Below are positions 51,657-60,146 of a DNA stretch of 64,000 bases, piece after piece; the stretch's first letter is position 1, and the number at the start of each line of letters is the position of its first letter. The notes under the pieces are model-generated. The model did not search any database, was not told where the DNA came from, and worked only from the letters and a program-made list of their open reading frames with translations. The DNA comes from Candidatus Hydrothermarchaeota archaeon (GTDB lineage Archaea; CAYFZR01): assembly GCA_046760505.1 (NCBI GenBank), contig JBHIEG010000008.1:12200-76199 (forward strand). Direction: 5' to 3'. A program made the translations under genes and the position numbers.

Positions 51657-52319
51657 TTAGATTATTTTTTCCAGAAGTATTTTTGGATTCTCAACTACCA
51701 CTTCATAGGCTTCCTTCTCACCCAATCCGCTTCCCATAGCTACATTCATCGCGATATCGTGATCTATTAGATCCTCCGGAGAATGAGCATCGGTGTTCAC
51801 CAAGAGTTTGGCTCCTAAATCACTTGCTAACTTTGCAATATGGCCATTCGTGATCGAATGTCCTCTCCTAGAAGTTAATTCTATGAATACACCATTATCT
51901 TTTGCCATTTCCATTTCTTCATACGTAAGTAAACCCGGGTGTGCAAGTATATCGATATCAGATCTCAAAGCCATTTTATTGGTGTTTTTTTCTACAGGCT
52001 CGACGATTGTTTCTCCATGAACTATTATCAGCTTGGCACCAAGTTTTCTCGCTTTCTTCACGAGCTTTGGAATGGTTTCAGGAGGTACGTGGGTTATCTC
52101 TACGCCAGGAATTACCTCAATCTCAACGAATTGAGAAAGCCTTTGCGTGCCTTTTAAAGTTTTCTCAATCACGTACTCCATATTTGAAAAATCAACGTGA
52201 TCTGTAATTGCTATTGCCCAGTGACCTAGCATGAATGCTCTTCTCGAAAGTTCGCTTGGTAATAGCTCTCCATCGCTCAGTATCGAGTGCGTGTGCAGAT
52301 CTGCCCTATTCTTTTTCAT
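51657..52319 (-). CDS. PHP domain protein (histidinol-phosphatase-like)
   Basis: DLHTHS..SDG, ITDH, VHGET.VEP, LAHPG, NTDAH. Confidence 0.9.
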   Translation of the reverse strand: MKKNRADLHTHSILSDGELLPSELSRRAFMLGHWAIAITDHVDFSNMEYVIEKTLKGTQRLSQFVEIEVIPGVEITHVPPETIPKLVKKARKLGAKLIIVHGETIVEPVEKNTNKMALRSDIDILAHPGLLTYEEMEMAKDNGVFIELTSRRGHSITNGHIAKLASDLGAKLLVNTDAHSPEDLIDHDIAMNVAMGSGLGEKEAYEVVVENPKILLEKII

Positions 52320-52331
52320 TTACTATCTCCT

Positions 52332-52586
52332 TTAAATTACGTGAAAGAAACTGAGTACTAGTAGTACTCCAACTCCGACCAAGCCGAATATAGCGGTGAC
52401 TACCAGAGTCCAGAGCTTGATTGGTATATGAAAGCCGATGAGATTGAGTAGAAACAGTGCAAGCAGGCCTACCACCGTATTCACAACAACTGTTTTAATC
52501 ATGCTCAAAACTTCAATGAGTGCCTTTATTGCTAAGAAAGCCAATAATATGAGAACGACACCTACAACTAATGTTAGACCTTCCAT
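52332..52586 (-). CDS. BofA-like small membrane protein
   Basis: N.VVGL..LFLLN..G.HIPI......AIFG..GV pattern. Confidence 0.78.
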   Translation of the reverse strand: MEGLTLVVGVVLILLAFLAIKALIEVLSMIKTVVVNTVVGLLALFLLNLIGFHIPIKLWTLVVTAIFGLVGVGVLLVLSFFHVI

Positions 52587-52641
52587 GAGAACTTAATGGC
52601 ATAGAAACGTTTATCAAATTTACGATATCTTGGTTAAAACA

Positions 52642-52932
52642 ATGAATAAGATGATAGTTTGGCCTGTTTACTTGGACTATAATAAAACGAGGAAAGAAGG
52701 CAGACGTATACCCAAAAATATTGCGGTTCCTGATCCTAAAGTATCAGAAATTAAAGAAGCATGCATCAAACTGGGATTGGATCCTATTGTAGAGGAGGAT
52801 AAAAGATATCCAAGGTCTTGGTGGGAGAAAAGCGGAAGGGTAATGGTTAACAGGAATGCAACCAAGACCCAGACGCTTAAAGAAATTGCCAGAAAAATTC
52901 TGGAACAGAGAAAGAGAGACTACGATTTATGA
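52642..52932 (+). CDS. srp19: Signal recognition particle 19 kDa protein
   Basis: VWPVYLD..KTRKEGRRIP, YPRSWW..SGRV. Confidence 0.95.
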   Translation: MNKMIVWPVYLDYNKTRKEGRRIPKNIAVPDPKVSEIKEACIKLGLDPIVEEDKRYPRSWWEKSGRVMVNRNATKTQTLKEIARKILEQRKRDYDL

Positions 52933-53780
52933 GGATCTATCTCAAATATTATCCTTCCATCCTTAAATATCCTTATCAATCCGCTGCTCTTTGATACCAC
53001 GATTGCTATCGCATCTGTAAGTTTTGTAATCGAAGCTGCTGCAGTATGTCTTGCTCCCAGTCCTTTTGGGATTTCAAGATCCTCCTTGGATATCTCAAGA
53101 AGCCTGTGAGCAGCAAGTACTTCTCCCTTCCCTGAGATTACGAAGGCTCCATCGAGACGAGAGTACTCTTTAAGCATCTCCTTCATCTGTTTGTCATAGA
53201 TTGTAAGCGGATGACGTTCAAATGGATTGTAGGAGAGTTGAGTTGATCTTTTTAACACATCCTCCGCATCTCCAAGGACAAATAGTGCTCCAACTCTCTG
53301 TCCATCTCTTCCCTCTCTGCCCAATTCTATGGCGGTCTCAAGTATGGCATCGAAGACTGCATGGTCTATTCCCTTCATGTTTGTTAATAATCTGTAAAAT
53401 TCGGTCATATCGCTGCTTCTTATTTTTCTTACCTGAATGGTATCCATATCATCCGATTCGTTATAAACTAGTACTACCGTGTCACCCTCATTGAGATATC
53501 CAAAAGAATTGGCCATGGCCAGTACCTTTTCTATCCTTGCAAAAGAATCCATCTTGACGAATGATAATTTAATGGCTTTGTAACCTTTTTCACCCGCATG
53601 TTTAAACAAATTTTCCTTTGAAGTTGCTATGATTATCCTATTCTTGTATATCTCGTCGATTAGGTTTAAAATTCTTTCATTATCAACGAATGCTAACACT
53701 GCGTCTGCATTCAAAACTTCGGCCATGTCCAAAGCAGATCTAAGCATTACTTCGGTAAGATCATCCATAGAAATCTCCAT
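52920..53780 (-). CDS. dacZ: Diadenylate cyclase, DacZ-type
   Basis: ELGREGR...[25 protein letters not shown]; N-terminal regulatory domain. Confidence 0.85.
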   Translation of the reverse strand: MEISMDDLTEVMLRSALDMAEVLNADAVLAFVDNERILNLIDEIYKNRIIIATSKENLFKHAGEKGYKAIKLSFVKMDSFARIEKVLAMANSFGYLNEGDTVVLVYNESDDMDTIQVRKIRSSDMTEFYRLLTNMKGIDHAVFDAILETAIELGREGRDGQRVGALFVLGDAEDVLKRSTQLSYNPFERHPLTIYDKQMKEMLKEYSRLDGAFVISGKGEVLAAHRLLEISKEDLEIPKGLGARHTAAASITKLTDAIAIVVSKSSGLIRIFKDGRIIFEIDPHKS

Positions 53781-53829
53781 ATATTCTTTTGTTTGAAGAA
53801 GTATTTATTTTATATGTCAGACTAACCCT

Positions 53830-54417
53830 CTAGGAAACGTGGTAGGCACAAACATAATCTTGGAGCGCGGCCTCTATTTTTTTGGGGTCAAGTCCCAGTG
53901 ACTCAATATTCTTACTTGCGAGATGAACATCACCCGTGATACCAAATCTGCATGCTAACTGTTTAATTTCAAGTGATTTGGTTCCGATTTTGGTTTTCTT
54001 TGCAAGAGCATCTCTCCAGCTTTGATGGTAGATACAGAAAGGAGAGGCAGAAAAACCCCCGCTGTCGTTGTGGTATTTCGTGACCTTTTTGATAATATCC
54101 AAGAAAGGTTCAAATTCCTTATGCGAGTTAGAGCCGTTTTCTTCAAATGGACATTTTCTTAAATAAAAGATATTATTTTCAACAACCGGTGCCCCCTCGT
54201 ATTTGCAGAAATTTGTCTTCCCTTTTAAGGTTTCTGATTGAAATTCTCTTATGTTCTCAAAGCGCTCCTCTTCTAGCTTCTCCACCACTTCATTTCCTAA
54301 AGATATAAGCCAGCCTGCTGTAAAAGGAACACCATAGATTTTTACCTGCTTTTTCATGGCAGATAAGAACAAAAGGTTCTTCAGTTTCATTACCTTCCCA
54401 TAAAGAAGAGATGACAT
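53830..54417 (-). CDS. Hypothetical Cys/His-rich protein
   Basis: 195-aa ORF with KCPF, FCIYHQ, LACR, VCAY. Confidence 0.55.
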   Translation of the reverse strand: MSSLLYGKVMKLKNLLFLSAMKKQVKIYGVPFTAGWLISLGNEVVEKLEEERFENIREFQSETLKGKTNFCKYEGAPVVENNIFYLRKCPFEENGSNSHKEFEPFLDIIKKVTKYHNDSGGFSASPFCIYHQSWRDALAKKTKIGTKSLEIKQLACRFGITGDVHLASKNIESLGLDPKKIEAALQDYVCAYHVS

Positions 54418-54456
54418 TTACCATATATACTTTGTTGAAGTATTACTGGTGATCTC

Positions 54457-55593
54457 ATGCTGGATATAGATGAAGAAAAAACGATCGATTACATGAAAAA
54501 ACTGATTGAAATTCCAACCGAAAATCCTCCAGGTGAAAATTACAGGGAGATAATTCAGGAAATTCAAAGTTTTCTTGAGCCCTACGAAATAAAAAGTGAG
54601 ATAGTCGAGGTAAATAGGAAGCAAAATTTAATCGCCAAAATCGAAGGAATTAAGGAAAAGCCAACCTTACTGCTTAATGGACACGTTGATGTTGTTCCTC
54701 CCGGAAATGGATGGGAAACAGATCCTTTCCAAGCAGTTATAAAAAATAAACGCGTGTATGGAAGAGGCTCTTCAGATATGAAAGGAGGCCTGGCAGCTAT
54801 GATATCTGCTATGGAAAGCATAGCAGATTCTGATATTGAAATAAAAGGAAATCTCATATTTATAGCAAGTGTAGACGAAGAAATAGGAGGCATGGATGGT
54901 TTAGGATATCTCATGAAAAGAAATATGGTTAACGCGGATTTATGCCTGGTTGGAGAGCCCACCAAACTCGATATCGTAACCGCTGAGAAAGGTGTTCTCT
55001 GGATCAGAATAGGAGTTAAAGGAAAATCGGCTCATGCATCCCTTCCTGAGAAGGGAATAAACGCTATTGAAAGGGCATCTTCTATAATTAAAGCGTTAAG
55101 CGAAATTGAATATAAAAAGAGCCATCCTTTACTCGGAAAACCAACCATAAATGTCGGAAAGATAAGAGGCGGAACAAAGGTAAATGTAGTGCCGGATTAC
55201 TGTGAAATAGAAATCGACAGAAGAATCATCCCGGGAGAGGATATAGAAGAGGTAAAAAAAGAAATAATAGAAAATCTGAAAGGTGAAGAATGTTCCATCG
55301 AATACTTCTTACATGCAAAGCCATTTGAAATCGAAAAAGATTCTGAGCCTGTTTTGAGACTTAAAAAAATTATAAAAGACATAACAAATAAAGAGCCAAG
55401 AATCAAGGGAATTTTTGGCTTTACAGATGCTAGGTTTGCCTATGAAAAAGGAATAACTCCCATAGTATTTGGACCGGGAAGCGCCAATCAGGCGCATACA
55501 GCAAATGAATACGTGGAAATCGAACAGGTCATAAATGCTGCCAAGATCTATGCTTTATTCGCGACTGATTTTTTGAACAAATCAAGGGACTAA
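54457..55593 (+). CDS. M20 family metallopeptidase (ArgE/DapE-like)
   Basis: NGHVDVVP, GRGSSDMKGG, DEE, GEPT, AHTANE. Confidence 0.93.
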   Translation: MLDIDEEKTIDYMKKLIEIPTENPPGENYREIIQEIQSFLEPYEIKSEIVEVNRKQNLIAKIEGIKEKPTLLLNGHVDVVPPGNGWETDPFQAVIKNKRVYGRGSSDMKGGLAAMISAMESIADSDIEIKGNLIFIASVDEEIGGMDGLGYLMKRNMVNADLCLVGEPTKLDIVTAEKGVLWIRIGVKGKSAHASLPEKGINAIERASSIIKALSEIEYKKSHPLLGKPTINVGKIRGGTKVNVVPDYCEIEIDRRIIPGEDIEEVKKEIIENLKGEECSIEYFLHAKPFEIEKDSEPVLRLKKIIKDITNKEPRIKGIFGFTDARFAYEKGITPIVFGPGSANQAHTANEYVEIEQVINAAKIYALFATDFLNKSRD

Positions 55594-55986
55594 GGCAAAA
55601 TCATGAACCTCGAAGCGAGAATCAAAACCAAAAACAACTTTTAAACCAAGTCTTTCCATGATGGCAAAACTTATCGAATCCGTTAAATCAACGTCAATAT
55701 CCTTGTATTTGTTATAATATTCTAGGCCTTTTTCCCAGTCGCTTTTTGTTTCTATCTCAATTCTTATTATTTTACTACTCAAAATGTTTTTTAGTTCTTC
55801 TATTCCCTTTTTCTTTCCTATGCGCTGCGTAACACCGTCTATATACTCGATGAGAACAGGTTTACCTACCACGTATCTTATTCCTTCATTTACCGAATCG
55901 ATGAAGTACGTCTTTGCAGTTTCGTGCATTCGATCATTTTTATCGCTAAGGGCTATTAAAGCTCCTGTATCTATGTAATATATCAT
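55582..55986 (-). CDS. vapC: VapC PIN-domain toxin
   Basis: YIDTGALIAL, E, LTDSISFAIM, FGFD; ATGA overlap with upstream antitoxin. Confidence 0.9.
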   Translation of the reverse strand: MIYYIDTGALIALSDKNDRMHETAKTYFIDSVNEGIRYVVGKPVLIEYIDGVTQRIGKKKGIEELKNILSSKIIRIEIETKSDWEKGLEYYNKYKDIDVDLTDSISFAIMERLGLKVVFGFDSRFEVHDFALVP

Positions 55987-56210
55987 CTGGGAGTTCTCCA
56001 ATCTTCTCTCCTACTCCAGTCTCCTTCTTTTGTTTTAAAACTTCCTATTATATTGAATACAGGATCTTTTTCCACGGATTCTTCGTGCATTTTCATGAAT
56101 ATCTCGATTGCTTCCCTTACTCCCTGTTTTATGGTTTTTCCTTCTTTTTTGAGCATGTGTTTGAACCTGGTGTAATCTTTTTCACTTATTTCAGTCTGAA
56201 TATGTTTCAT
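55983..56210 (-). CDS. vapB: RHH-type VapB antitoxin
   Basis: KHIQTEI..., TIKQGVREAI; coupled to vapC. Confidence 0.8.
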   Translation of the reverse strand: MKHIQTEISEKDYTRFKHMLKKEGKTIKQGVREAIEIFMKMHEESVEKDPVFNIIGSFKTKEGDWSRREDWRTPR

Positions 56211-56407
56211 TTCATTCCTCCAAAAGATGCATTTAATTTTTACATGTAGCTAAGATGTATATATTTGTTTGCCTGAAATTCAATTAAGCGATGAACACCA
56301 TGAAAGCATCTTTTTCTCCTACTTGCCAACCATTTTTTGGAACAAAGGATATGCTTTTATACGTTAAACACAGTCTCATTGTAGACAGGTAAAAGGAGTG
56401 ACAAAAT

Positions 56408-56593
56408 TTGGATATAGAAGTCGTGACAAGAAATAGAAAAACGCTCTACAGGGTCAATAAATTCTACTTCAAAGATGACTTCCTTGTTCTAAATTTAAAT
56501 GTATTAAATTCTGACGGGAAAGTAGTAAAAAGACCCGGAATAGATTTCATGATTCCCAAAGAGTTAGTGATCGCCATGCAGAACAAACTATAG
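56408..56593 (+). CDS. Small hypothetical beta-rich protein
   Basis: 61-aa ORF with AGGAGTGA RBS. Confidence 0.5.
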   Translation: MDIEVVTRNRKTLYRVNKFYFKDDFLVLNLNVLNSDGKVVKRPGIDFMIPKELVIAMQNKL

Positions 56594-56597
56594 ATGC

Positions 56598-56638
56598 TAG
56601 TTCTTGTTGAGATGAATGCAGAACTCTCAAGACTGTGG
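56598..56638 (+). repeat. 41-bp direct repeat, copy 1 (relic of a YgiT-type zinc-finger gene)
   Basis: tagttcttgttgagatgaatgcagaactctcaagactgtgg; 40/41 identical to 57640-57680. Confidence 0.9.
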
Positions 56639-56739
56639 TGAGAGAGTCCTTTATGGAGGAAAAAACCATTCTACTTTCCTTCATCTTAATATCAAAAGGT
56701 ATTTGTATTAAAATGATGTCAATTTAATACGTGAGGGAA

Positions 56740-57036
56740 ATGGGTGTCACAATAACCACAAGAGTATCTGATGAGATTGCTGAAGAAATAAAAAAAATAT
56801 CCGAGATTGAGAAATTGGACAAATCGGCAGTTATAAGGAGACTTTTGGTGGACGCGATCAAAGAATGGAAAATAGAGCATGCCTTAAATCAATATAAAGA
56901 GGCTAAAATAACCATATGGAAGGCTGCAAGGATCGCTGGTCTATCTCTGAGAGAAATGTTAGACATAGCCGCTAGAAAAGAAATTCCTTTTCAGTATAAG
57001 CTAGAGGATCTCAGAGAGGATTTTGAGGCCATTTAA
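56740..57036 (+). CDS. UPF0175 family antitoxin
   Basis: DKSAVIRRLL..., ITIWKAARIAGLSLREM. Confidence 0.88.
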   Translation: MGVTITTRVSDEIAEEIKKISEIEKLDKSAVIRRLLVDAIKEWKIEHALNQYKEAKITIWKAARIAGLSLREMLDIAARKEIPFQYKLEDLREDFEAI

Positions 57037-57539
57037 TGATCGTCTCTAATTCCACACCCTTGATATATCTGGCTAAAATAGGGAAACTGAACTTGTTGAA
57101 GGAGTTTTTTGAAATAATCCTGATTCCTGAAGAAGTTAAAACTGAGGTTGTAGATAAGGGAAAAAAGCTTGGCTCTCCAGACGCTTTTTTATTGGAGAAA
57201 TGTATGGAAGAGGGCTGGATAAAAGTTGAGAGAGTCGAGAACCCAAAAGATCTGGAAGAATTTGGAATAGACAAGGGCGAGGCAGAGGCAATCTCTCTAG
57301 CCCTTGAAAGAAATCTGGATATCCTAGCTGATCAAACCCACGCTAGACTTGCTGCTAAGGTTTTGGGTTTAATGCCAAGGGGAACGATTTATGTTCTTTT
57401 GAGAGCGCTAAAAGAAGGCATACTCGATTACGATGAATATCTCAAATGCTTGCGAGATTTGGTAATGTCTAACTTCAGGATGTCTGATGAGGTTTATTTA
57501 GAGGCTGTTAGAATCGGGAAGGAGATAATGAAGAAATAA
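57036..57539 (+). CDS. DUF3368 family PIN-domain toxin
   Basis: VSNSTPLIYL, IPEEV..E, DKGEAEAI.LA, GT..VL. Confidence 0.9.
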   Translation: MIVSNSTPLIYLAKIGKLNLLKEFFEIILIPEEVKTEVVDKGKKLGSPDAFLLEKCMEEGWIKVERVENPKDLEEFGIDKGEAEAISLALERNLDILADQTHARLAAKVLGLMPRGTIYVLLRALKEGILDYDEYLKCLRDLVMSNFRMSDEVYLEAVRIGKEIMKK

Positions 57540-57611
57540 ATTCTTCAATCGAAACTTTGTTTCAAATTTGATGAGAAGAGTTACATTAACATTTCTTCAA
57601 TCCTATCCACA

Positions 57612-57801
57612 AAAGAGGAAATCAAAATCAACAGCGATATAGTTCTCGTTGAGATGAATGCAGAACTCTCAAGACTGTGGAGAGAGATTCTTCGAAGAAG
57701 GTACCATTGATAATTTCAAAGATTTAAAAAAACTAAAGGAAAAAGGAATAAAAGAATTTTGTAAGGAAGTAGGTAAGGTATATGTTCACCTCTCTCTTTA
57801 G
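57612..57801 (+). pseudogene. YgiT-type zinc-finger (MqsA-like antitoxin) pseudogene
   Basis: KEEIKINSDIVLVEMNAEL, frameshift at 57669, then QDCGERFFEEGTID...KEVGKVY*; N-terminal CxxC missing. Confidence 0.65.
57640..57680 (+). repeat. 41-bp direct repeat, copy 2
   Basis: tagttctcgttgagatgaatgcagaactctcaagactgtgg. Confidence 0.9.
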
Positions 57802-57846
57802 GATAGTAGGCTCTTCAATCTAAGATCATGGTTCTCCAGAGCACTA

Positions 57847-58542
57847 TTAGATCTTGGACAGGATTTCCGAGTACTTTATACCTGCCTTTGATTGTATCAG
57901 CCAAGTCATCCAGCAGAGTTCAATGGCTCTATAACCTGTTTTTTCAGCGATCTCATGCACGGTTTTTATAAATGCAAGGTCATTCTGAATGGGCATCTGC
58001 GTATTGGATTCTTTCAGAATTCTCTCTATAACTCTCTTTACTATCTTGTCAGGCATAACCGTATCCACGCCGCCCATCATTCTTAGATACTGAAATGTAT
58101 TTATGCCGACGCCTTTTATTCTTCCAATCAAATCTTCCTTCCAGTTTTCTAATTCCGCGTTATTTGCCCACTCAATTAATGCATGAGCATCTGTTTCCAG
58201 ATTCTTTTCCCTCTTAAGACTTATCAAGCGAGATGCAATTGATTTAGCAGCTTCCCAGGATCTTCTATTCTTCCATACTTTCATGAGATCATCAGTATTC
58301 GCAGACGCAAGATCCTCCAGGCTTTTTATTTTACCGGTTTTTAAGAATACTTTATCAAACTCATTGACCTTGGGAACTACCGTCTTGAAATAGTTTAACC
58401 CTATAGAAGTGAAAGCAGCGTCAACAATCATTAAAATAACATTTCCGTTCCATCTCTCTGTCTTTAAGCACCGATCACAGTAATTCTTAACTTCAGGAAC
58501 TCTATTCATGTAACGATCAACCACTCTTTTTAGATCGTTCAT
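57847..58542 (-). CDS. Helix-hairpin-helix protein, HhH-GPD glycosylase-like
   Basis: IKGVGINTFQYLRM..G.DTVMPD..VKR HhH plus Asp pattern. Confidence 0.62.
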   Translation of the reverse strand: MNDLKRVVDRYMNRVPEVKNYCDRCLKTERWNGNVILMIVDAAFTSIGLNYFKTVVPKVNEFDKVFLKTGKIKSLEDLASANTDDLMKVWKNRRSWEAAKSIASRLISLKREKNLETDAHALIEWANNAELENWKEDLIGRIKGVGINTFQYLRMMGGVDTVMPDKIVKRVIERILKESNTQMPIQNDLAFIKTVHEIAEKTGYRAIELCWMTWLIQSKAGIKYSEILSKI

Positions 58543-58670
58543 GTTATCTTCCTTATTTTGCTTTTATCTTTTGATTTATGAAAAGATTTCAATATATCAT
58601 CATAACAAATAATCATCGGTCAGTAAGTCCTCCCGAAAGGATGATGCTCCATAAATGGGATGGTAGTAGA

Positions 58671-59149
58671 ATGAAAAATAGAAAGAGACCAATTAAAGAA
58701 AAGATCAGCAACGTGTACAAACGCGCAAAGACTGCTATATCTAAACTATTCATAGAAATGGCAGAATGTTTTACCATAGAAGAGGATTTCATTTATTTTA
58801 CTTCCAAGGGACTTAAAGTTGTCCATAGAATAGCTGCCAACGAGGGAATCAGATATGAACCGGATATTGACTATATTTGCTATGAAATTAAAAAGAAAAA
58901 ATACGAAACTTTAGAAGACAAAGCAGGTTTCTTACTCTATCAGATAGCAGGTAGGAGACATCCATTTGTTAATGGTAACAAAAGGCTGCCCTTTTGTCGA
59001 TGCTCGTGTTTTTAGCTTTAAATGGAGCTGACACCAATGTTTTTAGCTTTTATTCGGATGAGAAAGTAAAAAATTTTGTTTTGGATGTAGCAAAGGGGGA
59101 AATTGGTGAGAAAGAAATTAAGGAATTTATAAAAGAAAATTTTTTATAG
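58671..59149 (+). pseudogene. doc: Fic/Doc toxin, frameshifted
   Basis: HPFVNGNKR then a 1-nt deletion at ~58986; shifted frame continues ALLSMLVFLALNG...VLDVAKGEI..EIKEFI* to 59149. Confidence 0.8.
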
Positions 59150-59184
59150 TTTTGCTAGAAACAATATCATAGGCGGAAGGAAAA

Positions 59185-59292
59185 ATGATAAAAAAAGAAA
59201 GGAAAGTGAAGAACGATAAGGATTTTGAAAAACTAGTTAGAGAGATAAAAGAGAGGAACGAATGGATTTTCAAAGAATTAGAAAAATATTAA
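59185..59292 (+). CDS. 35-aa putative Doc antitoxin peptide
   Basis: [35 protein letters not shown]; GGAAGG upstream; directly follows doc. Confidence 0.5.
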   Translation: MIKKERKVKNDKDFEKLVREIKERNEWIFKELEKY

Positions 59293-59383
59293 TTTGCACT
59301 AATTTTATTCGGTTTTTGCTCTTCTTTTCGATCATATTTTATCGGGAATACTTACGGGAGAGGAAAAGTAAAAGAAGATTTAA

Positions 59384-59767
59384 CTAAAAAGCCAATAGTA
59401 TCACTGCCCTTTTGTTAAACGAAACGTTTTGACTGGTAAAAAATTCATCAAAATCATTCTCAGATGAGGCAGGTACCATTATAACGCCACTACCAAGTTT
59501 TTTTCCGCCTTTTCGATCTATTAGACCCTTGTAGTCGTATTCCTTCCCTCCCTTTTTGAATTTAATGCCATAGAGTTTACGATTAAACTGCATCTTCTCT
59601 TTCTTTTGAAGATTTGTTAGGTCAAATGAGTACAGCAACATGGGGGAGAATCCAGAACTTGCTGCTGGTAAAATAGGCTCGTTGTCTGGCCTTTTATAGA
59701 GAATAAGACCATCACTAAAGACATTTTCAATTAGATCAGGACTTATTTCCTCAAATCTCAACGCCAA
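59384..59767 (-). pseudogene. C-terminal fragment of an archaeal MNT (nucleotidyltransferase)-fusion-type protein
   Basis: DGLILY, YSFDL..L..KEK..FNRKLYG..YKGL...GGKKLGSG..MVP; no RBS, upstream frame has stops. Confidence 0.5.
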
Positions 59768-59845
59768 CTTTCCTCATTTCCTCTAAAACTTCTTCCATCA
59801 AGATCTTGCAGCCAATAAGTCATCTTTTTCGCTCATGAGACAACC

Positions 59846-59963
59846 TTCTAATACAATATTAGAGAGGGCTATGATACATATAGTTTTCTAACATTATATT
59901 AGAATTCTAATACTGTTTTAGAAATATGGCTGATGAATATTCTTTTCTAACATTATTTTAGAA
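59846..59963. repeat. Tandem 59-bp duplication carrying four TTCTAA-N7-TTAGA(A/G) palindromic boxes
   Basis: Boxes at 59846, 59886, 59905 and 59945; units 59846-59904 and 59905-59963 are 44/59 identical. Confidence 0.85.
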
Positions 59964-60128
59964 AAAGTCATTGAAAAAGTTTTAGAAGATCCAAAAAAAG
60001 GGAAGCCTTTAAGTTATCGTTTCAAGGGTTATTGGAGTATTAGGATTGGAAAATATAGGATAATATATGAAATATCTGGGAATAAGGTTATTTTCACCTT
60101 TAAGCACAGAAAAAGAGTATACAAGTGA
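59952..60128 (+). pseudogene. relE: 5'-truncated RelE/ParE toxin
   Basis: LEKVIEKVLEDPKKGKPLSYRFKGYWSIRIGKYRIIYEI...HRKRVYK*; in-frame TGA at 59934 and no start codon. Confidence 0.8.
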
Positions 60129-60146
60129 AAGCGTTAATTTATCTGG

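Noticed and set aside
52332-52586. Sporulation-related BofA gene in an archaeon
   Set aside because: BofA-like small membrane proteins are commonly annotated in euryarchaea and do not imply sporulation
56598-57680. Direct repeats as a CRISPR array or canonical integron attC sites
   Set aside because: Only two copies 1 kb apart, no cas genes, no RYYYAAC/GTTRRRY ends; better explained as zinc-finger gene relics
58975-58992. Programmed -1 frameshift in doc
   Set aside because: No X-XXY-YYZ slippery heptamer, and slippage on the A run would remove the catalytic Arg; simple deletion or sequencing error is more likely
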